Both the position numbers and the translations under genes were made by a program. A stretch of DNA of 64,000 nucleotides from Nitrospiria bacterium (GTDB taxonomy: Bacteria; Nitrospirota; Nitrospiria; JACQBZ01): the NCBI GenBank assembly GCA_035498035.1, contig DATKAN010000025.1, positions 145,190-209,189 on the forward strand. The letters are read 5' to 3'. The notes beneath the pieces were generated by a model, which ran no database searches, had not been told where the DNA came from, and saw only the letters and a program-made list of their open reading frames with translations. Positions 55,774-64,000 of the stretch are shown here, piece by piece. How positions within the stretch are numbered: the stretch's first letter is position 1; every line of letters begins with the position of its first letter.

Positions 55774-56970
55774 ATGATTAAACGATACGCAATCATTTTC
55801 GCATTGACGTTTAGCCTTTTTGCCGCAGGACTGGCCTCCACTTCCGCTGCGAAAGCGGCGGGACCGGAATTAAATTTCTACGGGTTTGTCCAATTGGATG
55901 CCATTTATGATGTAAACACGGTCGATCCCAATTGGAAGGCCGCCTTGCGTCCTTCCAAGATCCCGGTGAATTGTCCTGGCGGAACAGCGAATGACCCAGG
56001 ATGCGGGAAGGATGGCAATACCACCTTCAGCGTCCGGCAGTCGCGTTTTGGTGTTACGGGCGACTTCCCGACCTCCGCGGGTGAGCTGCACACAAAGTTC
56101 GAGTTCGACATGTTCGGCGTCGGGGTCGACGAAGGCCAGACCACGATCCGTCTCCGCCATGCCTACGGCGAGATGGGGGCCTTTCTGGCCGGTCAGACGA
56201 ACAGTCTGTTCATGGACGGGGACGTCTTTCCCAACACCATTGAATACTGGGGGCCGGGCGGAATGATCTTCTTCCGGAACATCCAGTTACGATGGACGCC
56301 GATGCGCACCGATCATGCGAAGTTCGCGGTCGCCCTTGAAGGACCCGGGTCCGCAATCGATGTGGGCAACGCCGTCAACCCGGAAGGATGGACGGCCTGG
56401 AATCCTTACCCGGATTTGACCGGGCAGTATCGTGTCAACCAGCCCTGGGGACATGCACAGGTGGCAGGCATCGTGCGATGGCTCGGATACCAGAATCCCG
56501 ACCTAATAAACTTCTCTGGCATCAGCAAGACCTCCGGACACGTTCTCGGCGGCGGCATCAATCTGAGCGGAAGCCTCAATACCCACGGCAAGGACAAGAT
56601 TATGGCGCAGTTGGCCTATGGAAAGGGCATCGCGAACTACTTCAATGACTGCTGCACGGATGTGGCCCCCAACTCGTCCCTTTCAAAGGGCCAGGCGGTG
56701 CCGCTGCTTGGGTGGCTTTTGTACTACGATCATTACTGGAATGAAAAGTGGAGCAGCTCCATCGGATACAGCGGCCAGAATCAAAACAATTCCGGCGGAC
56801 AGGCCGACAATGCCTTCAACAACGGATCCTACGCCTCGGGGAACCTGCTTTTTTACCCGGCGAAAGGGGTCATGACGGGCGCGGAGATCCTTTGGGGCCA
56901 ACGCGAGAACAAGAACGGGAACAAGGGCGATGACACGCGCGTGCAGTACTCGGTGAAGTACGATTTTTAA
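55774..56970 (+). CDS. Outer-membrane porin-like beta-barrel protein (DcaP-like)
   Basis: Signal peptide MIKRYAIIFALTFSLFAAGLASTSAAKA, alternating beta-strand pattern and a C-terminal ...VKYDF (terminal Phe). Confidence 0.5.
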   Translation: MIKRYAIIFALTFSLFAAGLASTSAAKAAGPELNFYGFVQLDAIYDVNTVDPNWKAALRPSKIPVNCPGGTANDPGCGKDGNTTFSVRQSRFGVTGDFPTSAGELHTKFEFDMFGVGVDEGQTTIRLRHAYGEMGAFLAGQTNSLFMDGDVFPNTIEYWGPGGMIFFRNIQLRWTPMRTDHAKFAVALEGPGSAIDVGNAVNPEGWTAWNPYPDLTGQYRVNQPWGHAQVAGIVRWLGYQNPDLINFSGISKTSGHVLGGGINLSGSLNTHGKDKIMAQLAYGKGIANYFNDCCTDVAPNSSLSKGQAVPLLGWLLYYDHYWNEKWSSSIGYSGQNQNNSGGQADNAFNNGSYASGNLLFYPAKGVMTGAEILWGQRENKNGNKGDDTRVQYSVKYDF

Positions 56971-56982
56971 CCCAGGCTCAAG

Positions 56983-57015
56983 GGGCCTGTTCCTGACCGG
57001 GATCGGGCAGGCCCC
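56983..57015 (+). terminator. Candidate terminator hairpin after the porin gene
   Basis: ggggcctg ... caggcccc 8-bp GC stem, followed by GTCTGTCG. U-tract is weak. Confidence 0.3.
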
Positions 57016-57054
57016 GTCTGTCGAAGGTGGGGTTCGTGCACGCATGGAGAGTGG

Positions 57055-57714
57055 ATGAAGGTTTTTCTACATCACTTCGGTCATGTGTTTGCGGCGCTTT
57101 TTCCGGTGATCAATCCCCCGGGCATGGCCTTGCTTTTTATTGCGATGACCCGACGCGCGGGGCGGGCCCAGCGAATTATTCTTGCGGGACGGATTGCCTT
57201 CTACGCGTTTATCATCATCAACGTGTCGTATTATGTCGGGACTTTTCTTCTCGATTTTTTTGACATATCGTTGCCGGTGCTTCGTGTGGCCGGGGGAATC
57301 GTGCTCGCCTCCTCCGGCTGGCGGCTTTTAAACGAAACCCGATCGGCGAGCGAGACCGGCATGGAGATCGGCGGGGGTTCGGGGGATTGGGCCCAAATGG
57401 CGTTTTATCCCTTGACGATGCCGATCACGACCGGCCCCGGAACGATTTCGGTGACGATCGCGATGGGCGCCATACTTCCGAGGACCATTCCGGTCATGCT
57501 AGGGGCCCTGGCGGCGAGCATGACCGTATCGGCGGCCATTTACCTTTGCTACCGGTATGCGGACCGGATCGAAGGGAGGCTGGGGAAGACGGGCTCCGAA
57601 GCGCTGTCCCGACTCTTCGCCTTCATTCTGGTCTGCATCGGAGTGCAGATCTTGTGGAACGGAATTTCTGAGCTGTGGGGGTCGCTGCCCCCCCAATTAC
57701 CGGCAGGGCCATAG
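57055..57714 (+). CDS. marC: MarC family (UPF0056 / NAAT) integral membrane protein
   Basis: LFPVINPPGMALLF N-terminal motif and six TM helices, ~219 aa. Confidence 0.75.
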   Translation: MKVFLHHFGHVFAALFPVINPPGMALLFIAMTRRAGRAQRIILAGRIAFYAFIIINVSYYVGTFLLDFFDISLPVLRVAGGIVLASSGWRLLNETRSASETGMEIGGGSGDWAQMAFYPLTMPITTGPGTISVTIAMGAILPRTIPVMLGALAASMTVSAAIYLCYRYADRIEGRLGKTGSEALSRLFAFILVCIGVQILWNGISELWGSLPPQLPAGP

Positions 57715-57742
57715 ACGGAGGTTTGACGATTTCGGCGAAAAA

Positions 57743-58324
57743 ATGAAGAACATGATGAAAATAAGTCGCGGCATTAATATGGCATACGGTCTCAAAATCT
57801 CTGCCTGGGCCGGAATTGGCTTATTGTTGACCTCCCTTCCGGAATCCGCATGGGCCATGACGGGGCCCTTCGTCGACACGCTGGCGGATATCCTGACCAT
57901 CGTGGTCCTCCTATTTGTTCCCGTTGTCGGAATTTATTTATTCTGGATGGTCCATATCCTTCCCGAAAAAATCGCCGAGAAGCGTCATCACCCCCAGAAG
58001 GAGGCGATCAAAATCCTCTGCATCCTGTCGTTAGTCTTCGGCGGGATGCTTTGGCCGCTCGCCTGGCTCTGGGCCTACTCAAAACCCGTACTGCACAAGA
58101 TGGCCTACGGGACCGACAAACACGAGGATTACTACCTGGAAAGCGAAGGCGAGGCCGAGGCGCCGGCCGGCGACACGGGCGAGGCGGTCGCCCGACTTCG
58201 CCTGGCCATCGGTCAACTGGCCGCAAAAGGCGTACCCGCCGAGGAGCTCGAGTCCCTTAAGCGCGAGCTGGCCGAGATCGAGGAAACATTAGCGCGGATG
58301 AAAACCCGCCAGGGAGAAGTCTGA
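57743..58324 (+). CDS. DUF3302-like small membrane protein (YibI-like) preceding the HlyD-family gene
   Basis: Two TM helices and an acidic, coiled-coil C-terminus. Its position directly before the HlyD-family gene matches yibI-yibH-type pairs. Confidence 0.5.
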   Translation: MKNMMKISRGINMAYGLKISAWAGIGLLLTSLPESAWAMTGPFVDTLADILTIVVLLFVPVVGIYLFWMVHILPEKIAEKRHHPQKEAIKILCILSLVFGGMLWPLAWLWAYSKPVLHKMAYGTDKHEDYYLESEGEAEAPAGDTGEAVARLRLAIGQLAAKGVPAEELESLKRELAEIEETLARMKTRQGEV

Positions 58325-59280
58325 TGGAACTCCTATTGGTAGGCATTTATTCATTTTTCGTCTGGATTATTTTCTTCAAGCTCAAGTGGCTGCCCTGGAA
58401 CACGACCTCGCAGGTGGTGGTCGTCACCATTCCGATCGTCGGGCTCGCCACCCTGATCCTCTTGCTCAACGTCGTCGCCCCATCGTCACACGACGTGCGC
58501 GTGATCAAGTACGTGGTGCAGGTTATGCCTCAAGTGCGAGGCCGTGTGATCGAGGTGCCGGCCGAGGGCAATCGACCGATGAAGAAGGGTGACGTGCTGT
58601 TCAAGATCGATCCCACCCCGTTCGAGATCGACGTCCGGCGCATCGAGGCGCAACTTTCCCTGGCCCAGACGCGGCTCAGGCAGTCGCGCGACCTCGCGAA
58701 GACCGGCGCGGGAAGCAAATTCGACGAGGAGCGTTATGAAAGCGACGTGCGACAACTCCAGGCGCAACTGGATCAAGCGCGCTGGGACCTGTCGCAAACG
58801 ACGATGTATGCGCCGGCGGACGGCTCGGTCATCAACCTGCAGCTTCGGGTCGGTTCGTTCGTCGTGCCGTTTCCAATTGTGCCGGCGATGAGCTTTGTCG
58901 AAGACGAGTATCAGGTGATCGCGCTCTACCATCAGAACGAGCTGCACGAGGTGGAGCCGGGCAACGAAGTGGAAATCGCTCTGCCGACCTATCCCGGCCG
59001 GATCATCAAGGGGAAGGTCGACTCCATCGTCTGGGCCCAGGGACAGGGTCAAGTTCCAATGAGCGGGACGATCCCTCAGACGGGACCTATTCCTCCGCCG
59101 GAGGGACGCTTCCCGGTGAAGATCGATCTCGAGGAGAAGGACCGGGCCCTCTTTCTGGCGGCCGGGGCATTGGGCAGCGCGGCGATCTATACCCATCATG
59201 TAGAACCGATCCATATTCTCCGCAAGGTGATACTGCGCGTGGGTTCCTACACCAACTACCTCGTCCTGAAGCTTCATTAG
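58324..59280 (+). CDS. HlyD-family membrane fusion protein (EmrA/YibH-like)
   Basis: N-terminal TM, GDVLFKIDPTPFEIDV lipoyl/biotinyl-like hairpin, a coiled coil, and a C-terminal beta domain. Confidence 0.75.
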   Translation: MELLLVGIYSFFVWIIFFKLKWLPWNTTSQVVVVTIPIVGLATLILLLNVVAPSSHDVRVIKYVVQVMPQVRGRVIEVPAEGNRPMKKGDVLFKIDPTPFEIDVRRIEAQLSLAQTRLRQSRDLAKTGAGSKFDEERYESDVRQLQAQLDQARWDLSQTTMYAPADGSVINLQLRVGSFVVPFPIVPAMSFVEDEYQVIALYHQNELHEVEPGNEVEIALPTYPGRIIKGKVDSIVWAQGQGQVPMSGTIPQTGPIPPPEGRFPVKIDLEEKDRALFLAAGALGSAAIYTHHVEPIHILRKVILRVGSYTNYLVLKLH

Positions 59281-59283
59281 GTC

Positions 59284-60795
59284 GTGGGGGGTAACGTGGC
59301 GTACCGGCGATCGCGAATTCCGTTCCGATATGCACTGGCGGTGATCCCGTTGTTGGGCGGCGCTTTGTGGGGCTGCGCGCTCAACCCCCCGCCGAGCGCC
59401 GATGAAATTCGCTCGCAAACCCTGGCGCACGCGGAGCTGCCGCCGAAGTGGAAGGCCCCCGGCGCGGCGGAGGGGGCGGTGGTCGACGGATGGCTCGCCA
59501 CCTTCAACGACGCCTCCCTCCGGGCCCTGGTGGAGGAAGCGCTCGTTCACAATGCGGATCTGCGCGTGGCCGCGACGCGTGTGGAGCAGGCGGGAGGATA
59601 CCTGAAAGTCGCGGGGGCGAGCCTGTATCCGGCCGTGACCGCGCTCGGTCGAGCCGGCGGAAAGCTCAGCGGCGACAATTCCGGTCTTACGGGCATCCTC
59701 GTGTCGGCCTCATGGGAAATCGATCTTTGGGGGCGGGTGCGGTACGGCCGCGCCGCCGCGACCCAACAATATGCCTCGGCGCTGTCGGACTTCGAATACG
59801 GTCGACAGTCTCTCGCCGCCATGGTGGCCAAGAGCTGGTTCCTCGCGACCGAGGCCAAACAGCAGAAAGAAACCGCCGCCCAGATCGTGACCTCCGCAGA
59901 ACAATTGCTCAACATCGCGCGCCAGCGTCTGCGAGTGGGCGCGGGCAATGAGTTGGACGTCGCCGTCGCCCAGGCCAATCTCGACGGCTACCGTGACACC
60001 CTCCGGCAGCTTGAGCTCGCCTACGAACAATCGTTACGCGCGCTCGAACTGCTTCTGGGCCGCTATCCCGCCGCGGCTATGGAAGCCTCCGGGAAGTTGG
60101 ACCTGATGCCCCCGCCGGTGCCGGCCGGATTACCGTCGGAACTCCTCGAACGCCGCCCGGATGTCGTCGCCGCGGAGCGGCGGGTCGCCGCGGCCTTCGA
60201 CCGCGTGGGCGAGGCGAAGGCCGCGATGTTGCCGAAAATCTCGCTCACGGCCGGCGTCAGCAGCGTCTCAAGCGACCTGTTCGTCCTCAAGGATCACAAC
60301 AATCCGGTCTGGAGCGCCGGGGCGAACTTGCTGGCGCCGATCTATCAGGGCGGGGCGCTGCGCGCCCAGGTGGAGATCCGCACGTCCGAGCAGAAACAGG
60401 CGCTGGCCGAGTACGCGCAGGCGGGGCTTCGCGCTTTCGGCGAAGTGGAGAATGCGCTGGCGACCGAGTTCACGCTCAAGGATCGCCAGACGATTCTGAT
60501 GAACGCCGTGACGGACAATGAGCGCGCCCTCGAGCTAGCCAATGTACAGTATCGCGTGGGCTCGGTGGATCTTCGAAGTGTATCGCAGCAGCAGCTCGCC
60601 CTGTTCGCCGCACGGTCGGCGCTGATTCGGGTTCAGAGCGAGGCGCGCGTGCAACGGGTTAACTTATACCTGGCGCTGGGAGGAAGCTTCAAAAAGTCCG
60701 AAGAGGAAAAGAAGACCGAAGACGGGACGCAATCAAACCTGGCCCCGCCTTCGCCAACAGAGGAGACGACCGGCAGTGGCAAAACTACAAATTGA
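59284..60795 (+). CDS. Efflux outer-membrane factor lipoprotein, NodT/OprM family
   Basis: Lipobox LLGGALWGCA, duplicated OEP repeats, and a C-terminal low-complexity tail. Confidence 0.8.
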   Translation: MGGNVAYRRSRIPFRYALAVIPLLGGALWGCALNPPPSADEIRSQTLAHAELPPKWKAPGAAEGAVVDGWLATFNDASLRALVEEALVHNADLRVAATRVEQAGGYLKVAGASLYPAVTALGRAGGKLSGDNSGLTGILVSASWEIDLWGRVRYGRAAATQQYASALSDFEYGRQSLAAMVAKSWFLATEAKQQKETAAQIVTSAEQLLNIARQRLRVGAGNELDVAVAQANLDGYRDTLRQLELAYEQSLRALELLLGRYPAAAMEASGKLDLMPPPVPAGLPSELLERRPDVVAAERRVAAAFDRVGEAKAAMLPKISLTAGVSSVSSDLFVLKDHNNPVWSAGANLLAPIYQGGALRAQVEIRTSEQKQALAEYAQAGLRAFGEVENALATEFTLKDRQTILMNAVTDNERALELANVQYRVGSVDLRSVSQQQLALFAARSALIRVQSEARVQRVNLYLALGGSFKKSEEEKKTEDGTQSNLAPPSPTEETTGSGKTTN

Positions 60796-61585
60796 ACACG
60801 ATCGGCCCAAGATGAAACAAAAAGAGTATGCCAAGGAGCTGCAGCGCCTTCAGGCGGAGCTTTGCATGCTCCAGGAATGGGTCAAGGCCAAAGGACTGCG
60901 GGTGATCGTTTTTTTCGAGGGACGCGACGCCGCCGGCAAGGGCGGAACGATCAAGGCGATCACCGAGCGCGTGAGTCCGCGGGTCTTCCGCCTCGTGGCC
61001 CTGCCCGCGCCGTCCGATCGGGAGAAATCGCAGATGTACGTCCAACGGTACGTCCAGCATTTCCCGGCGGCCGGTGAGATCGTGATCTTTGATCGCAGTT
61101 GGTACAACCGCGCGGGCGTGGAGCACGTCATGGGGTTTTGCACGAAGGAGCAGCACCGCCGTTTCCTGAAGCTTTGTCCCGAGATTGAACAATATATCGT
61201 TGAAGGAGGCATTCAGCTCATCAAGTACTGGCTGGAAGTCAGCAATAAGGAACAGAAGCGACGGTTTGAGGCGCGCATAAACGACCCGCTGCGCCAATGG
61301 AAGCTCAGTCCCATTGATTTGCCGTCACGGAGCCGCTGGTATGATTACTCCCGCGCGCGGGACATGATGCTGGAGGCGACGGATACGAAATGGGCGCCCT
61401 GGTACATTCTGCGGTCGGACGACAAGAAACGGGCCCGCCTCAATTGCATCTCTCATCTCCTGAGCCTCATTCCGTACGAGAAGTTGCCCCAGAAGAAGGT
61501 GCACCTGCCCGATCGCTCGAAAAAAGGGGCCTACGACGATCAGGCTGCGTTGAAGGGCAGAAATTTCGTGCCGGAGAAATATTGA
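60776..61585 (+). CDS. ppk2: Polyphosphate kinase 2 family protein (single-domain PPK2)
   Basis: Walker A FEGRDAAGKGGTIK, Walker B/lid residues, and the PPK2 blocks YVQRYVQHFPAAGEIVIFDRSWYNR. Confidence 0.85.
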   Translation: MAKLQIEHDRPKMKQKEYAKELQRLQAELCMLQEWVKAKGLRVIVFFEGRDAAGKGGTIKAITERVSPRVFRLVALPAPSDREKSQMYVQRYVQHFPAAGEIVIFDRSWYNRAGVEHVMGFCTKEQHRRFLKLCPEIEQYIVEGGIQLIKYWLEVSNKEQKRRFEARINDPLRQWKLSPIDLPSRSRWYDYSRARDMMLEATDTKWAPWYILRSDDKKRARLNCISHLLSLIPYEKLPQKKVHLPDRSKKGAYDDQAALKGRNFVPEKY

Positions 61586-62085
61586 TGGTCGAATTGAACC
61601 TGAAGGGAAAGCATCTCACCTTCATCCTCGCGGGCCTCACGCTGCTCGTGCTCGCGCTCTCGGTGCCGGGGTCCCTGCGCGAGGCCTTTAACCGCGGAGG
61701 GTTTTACCTTTTTACGCGCGAGTTCATCGAGGATATTCCAAAACGACTCACCGGCCCCGGCCGGTTTCGTTTCGTTCTCCAGCCAACCTTTGCGACCATC
61801 ATCGGCATCTGGAACGGTCTGGCGGATGCGCGGGCGGGGCGGCCGCCGTATCTGTATGGCGTGCTGTTCCACCGGGGGCTACGGCGCGATCTGGTCCGAA
61901 GCGGTTACGAGAGCGTGCTCAATCTACTGCTGATGGGAATTCTCCTGGATTCTATTTTTCAATGGATCCTCTTCAGGGTTTCGTATCCGGGGGCGGCCCT
62001 TGTAGTCGGACCGGTACTGATCGTTGCGCCCTACTCGATCGCTCGCGCGTTATCGAATCGACTCGCGCGCGCGAAATTGAAGTGA
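61585..62085 (+). CDS. Hypothetical membrane protein, translationally coupled to ppk2
   Basis: TGATG overlap with ppk2. At least three hydrophobic helices. No recognisable motif. Confidence 0.4.
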   Translation: MVELNLKGKHLTFILAGLTLLVLALSVPGSLREAFNRGGFYLFTREFIEDIPKRLTGPGRFRFVLQPTFATIIGIWNGLADARAGRPPYLYGVLFHRGLRRDLVRSGYESVLNLLLMGILLDSIFQWILFRVSYPGAALVVGPVLIVAPYSIARALSNRLARAKLK

Positions 62086-62099
62086 AGGACCCCATTATA

Positions 62100-63773
62100 A
62101 TGATACGAATTTTTGTTTTGACCGCAACTTTAGCCGCTTCGACGGCTTTGACGGCCTGGTCGGCGCCGCCGGGCCAGCCTGCGACAGGCGTTTCGGGAGA
62201 GGCTTCGCGCGAAGCCCTCGAGGCGGCCTTCGCAACGGCGCCCGTCCAGCTCGACAGCGAAGTGCTGTTTAAGGTGCGGGGCACGACTTCCTTTCCGGCC
62301 GAGCAGCGGGCGCTTGCCATCCACGACCGTATCGTGGCCCCGGCTCAAGACCCCGCCGTAAGTCCGGAAACGGTGCGAACGGTCGAGTCCGAAACATCAA
62401 CCGATATCATGGCCGGGGATTATTTCATCATGTCGGTCTTCGACGCCGACGCACGCCTGGAAGGACTGGGTCGCCAGGAACTGGCCGCGACGCACGCCCG
62501 ACGCATCCGGCAGGCCATCGAACGGTACCGCAGCGACCGGAGCCCCGAGAGTTTGATGAGAGATACTTCGGCCGCCGCCATCGCCACCGTGGTTTTCATT
62601 GCGGCGTTCTGGCTGGGATTCCGGCTGTTCCGACGTGCGGAACAGACGATCGAGGCGCGATACAAGGCGCGGATTCACGGGTTGACGATCCGCTCATTTG
62701 AAGTGATCCATGCGGAGCAGCTCTGGGGCGCGCTAAGGCGGGCGATCCATACCCTGCGCCTGATCACCGGCCTCGCCTTGCTCTTCGTTTATTTCCACTT
62801 CACGTTGGGTCTGTTTCCTTGGACGCGGGCGGCGGGCCACCGTTTGGCCCACTGGGTGTTCGAGCCCTTTGTCATCCTGGGCCACGGGGCCATCGGTTAC
62901 CTGCCGAACCTCATTTTTCTCGCCATCCTTTTTATCATCACCCGATACGTGCTCAAGGTGGCCCGGCTGTTCTTCACCGGTCTGGAACGGGGAACCGTGA
63001 CGATCTCGGGGTTCGATGCGGACTGGGCGCAGCCGACCTACCGGATCGTTCGATTGGCGGTCGTGGTTTTCGCGCTGGTGGTGGCCTATCCGTACATCCC
63101 CGGCGCCGAGTCCCCGGCTTTCAAGGGCCTTTCGATCTTCCTCGGCGTGATCGTGTCGCTCGGATCGTCCTCGGTCATCGCCAACATCCTGGCCGGTTAC
63201 TCGCTCACGTATCGGCGGGCATTCAAGGTCGGCGACCGGGTGAAGATCGAAGGCGTCGTCGGGGACATCGAGAAGGTCCGCCTCCAGGTCACCCACCTGA
63301 CTACCATCAAGAACGAAGAGGTCGTCGTGCCCAATTCCAAGATCCTCAACACGGAGATCCTCAACTACAGCTCCCTTGCCCGAACGCGCGGACTGATCCT
63401 GCATACCACCGTGGGAATCGGTTATGAAACGCCCTGGCGCCAGGTCGTCGCGATGCTGAAAATCGCGGCCGACCGCACCGCGGGGCTGCTCAAGAACCCG
63501 GAGCCGTTCGTCCGGCAGCTGTCGCTCGGCGACTTTTGCGTCACGTATGAGCTCAACGCCTACTGCGACAACGCACAATCCATGGCGCAGGTTTACTCGG
63601 ACATGCACCGCAATATTCTGGACCTCTTCAATGAATACGGCGTGCAGATCATGACGCCGGCTTACGAGGGAGATCCCGCGCAGCCCAAAGTGGTGCGAAA
63701 AGAGGATTGGTTTGCGGCGCCGGCGGCGCCGCCGGACGAGGAGGAGGCTCACCGGCCCGCGAAGCCGCCTTAA
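62100..63773 (+). CDS. Mechanosensitive ion channel family protein (MscS-like, large form with a periplasmic N-domain)
   Basis: Signal peptide, TM helices, and the MscS core VGDRVKIEGVVGDIEKVRLQVTHLTTIKNEEVVVPNSKI. Confidence 0.8.
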   Translation: MIRIFVLTATLAASTALTAWSAPPGQPATGVSGEASREALEAAFATAPVQLDSEVLFKVRGTTSFPAEQRALAIHDRIVAPAQDPAVSPETVRTVESETSTDIMAGDYFIMSVFDADARLEGLGRQELAATHARRIRQAIERYRSDRSPESLMRDTSAAAIATVVFIAAFWLGFRLFRRAEQTIEARYKARIHGLTIRSFEVIHAEQLWGALRRAIHTLRLITGLALLFVYFHFTLGLFPWTRAAGHRLAHWVFEPFVILGHGAIGYLPNLIFLAILFIITRYVLKVARLFFTGLERGTVTISGFDADWAQPTYRIVRLAVVVFALVVAYPYIPGAESPAFKGLSIFLGVIVSLGSSSVIANILAGYSLTYRRAFKVGDRVKIEGVVGDIEKVRLQVTHLTTIKNEEVVVPNSKILNTEILNYSSLARTRGLILHTTVGIGYETPWRQVVAMLKIAADRTAGLLKNPEPFVRQLSLGDFCVTYELNAYCDNAQSMAQVYSDMHRNILDLFNEYGVQIMTPAYEGDPAQPKVVRKEDWFAAPAAPPDEEEAHRPAKPP

Positions 63774-63816
63774 GCGCGGGGCCACATCGATACAGAGATA
63801 AGGAGGAGGGACCAAA

Positions 63817-64000
63817 ATGGACACGAACATTTCCCCGGAGCCGGCGAGAAAATTACCGCCCAAGCCCGTTGGAACGCGGACGGAGGCGGATGTTCGCGCC
63901 GGCCTTCGGGCGGGCGACTTGCGGCAGGCGGTCATCGATCACCTGCGCCACTCCATCGGGCGCCTCGAGGCGTTAGCGAAGCCTCACGACTATTACCGGG
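63817..64000 (+). CDS. Probable alpha-glucan (glycogen) phosphorylase, N-terminal 61 codons; truncated by the window end
   Basis: AAGGAGGAGG RBS, ATG at 63817, and the pattern LRQAVIDHLRHSIGRLEALAKPHDYY, which resembles the GT35 phosphorylase N-terminus. Confidence 0.4.
   Translation, partial: MDTNISPEPARKLPPKPVGTRTEADVRAGLRAGDLRQAVIDHLRHSIGRLEALAKPHDYYR

Noticed and set aside
62733-63935. 400-aa minus-strand ORF antisense to MscS
   Set aside because: It overlaps the MscS-like gene, which has a clear family motif. Arg/Pro-rich composition.
1-64000. Search for CRISPR arrays, IS elements, integrases and prophage genes
   Set aside because: I saw no regularly spaced direct repeats, no transposase or integrase-like ORFs, and no long terminal inverted repeats. 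Gene density and composition are uniform apart from the short AT-rich intergenic regions.

Overview
This is a 64-kb chromosomal window from a high-GC Gram-negative bacterium. The Gram-negative call rests on BamD, a NodT-type outer-membrane factor, an Slt transglycosylase and lipoboxes. Almost all of it is coding, with about 60 genes, one tRNA-Gln, and no CRISPR, transposase or integrase. Every call is by eye from the supplied translations and raw sequence; no searches were run.

Gene content in order:
- 5' end: the tail of a siroheme-type sulfite/nitrite reductase fused to a TusA-like domain, then ATP sulfurylase (sat).
- ApbC/Mrp, overlapping a zinc-ribbon protein with a PCP-reductase-like domain.
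- anmK, a SAM methyltransferase, a SirC-like siroheme enzyme overlapping bamD, fabH, RNase R, a CoA-binding protein, a small secreted Met/Gly/Trp-rich protein, and a NYN plus OST-HTH protein.
- smc, then zapA and a ZapB-like coiled-coil gene. A 356-nt structured noncoding region sits next to Slt.
- rlmN, an M16 peptidase pair, and an orphan LarE-like sulfur-transferase ATPase.
- An F0-only ATP synthase operon (atpZ-like, atpB, atpE, atpF), then gltX.
- Three tandem paralogous lipoproteins with a conserved Y-x-C-G-x-x-I-C-x-Q-G motif, next to a NarL-type two-component system. An extra REC-only protein and a fourth paralog follow.
- tRNA-Gln(CUG), an OMP, and a glycogen/pentose-phosphate operon (pgm, malQ, pgi, short gnd, pgl).
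- A 420-nt AT-rich regulatory region with perfect palindromes, followed by an unusual histidine kinase with a periplasmic domain and a FixJ-type regulator.
- From about 44.9 to 57.7 kb, a composite amino-acid deamidation/decarboxylation/antiport island. It runs REC-only protein, Orn/Lys/Arg-family decarboxylase, AspT-family exchanger, aspartate 4-decarboxylase, periplasmic asparaginase II, a second AspT-family exchanger, periplasmic glutaminase, porin and MarC. I consider this the most interesting candidate system.
- DUF3302, HlyD and NodT genes with no inner-membrane pump, then PPK2, a small membrane protein, MscS, and the start of an alpha-glucan phosphorylase.
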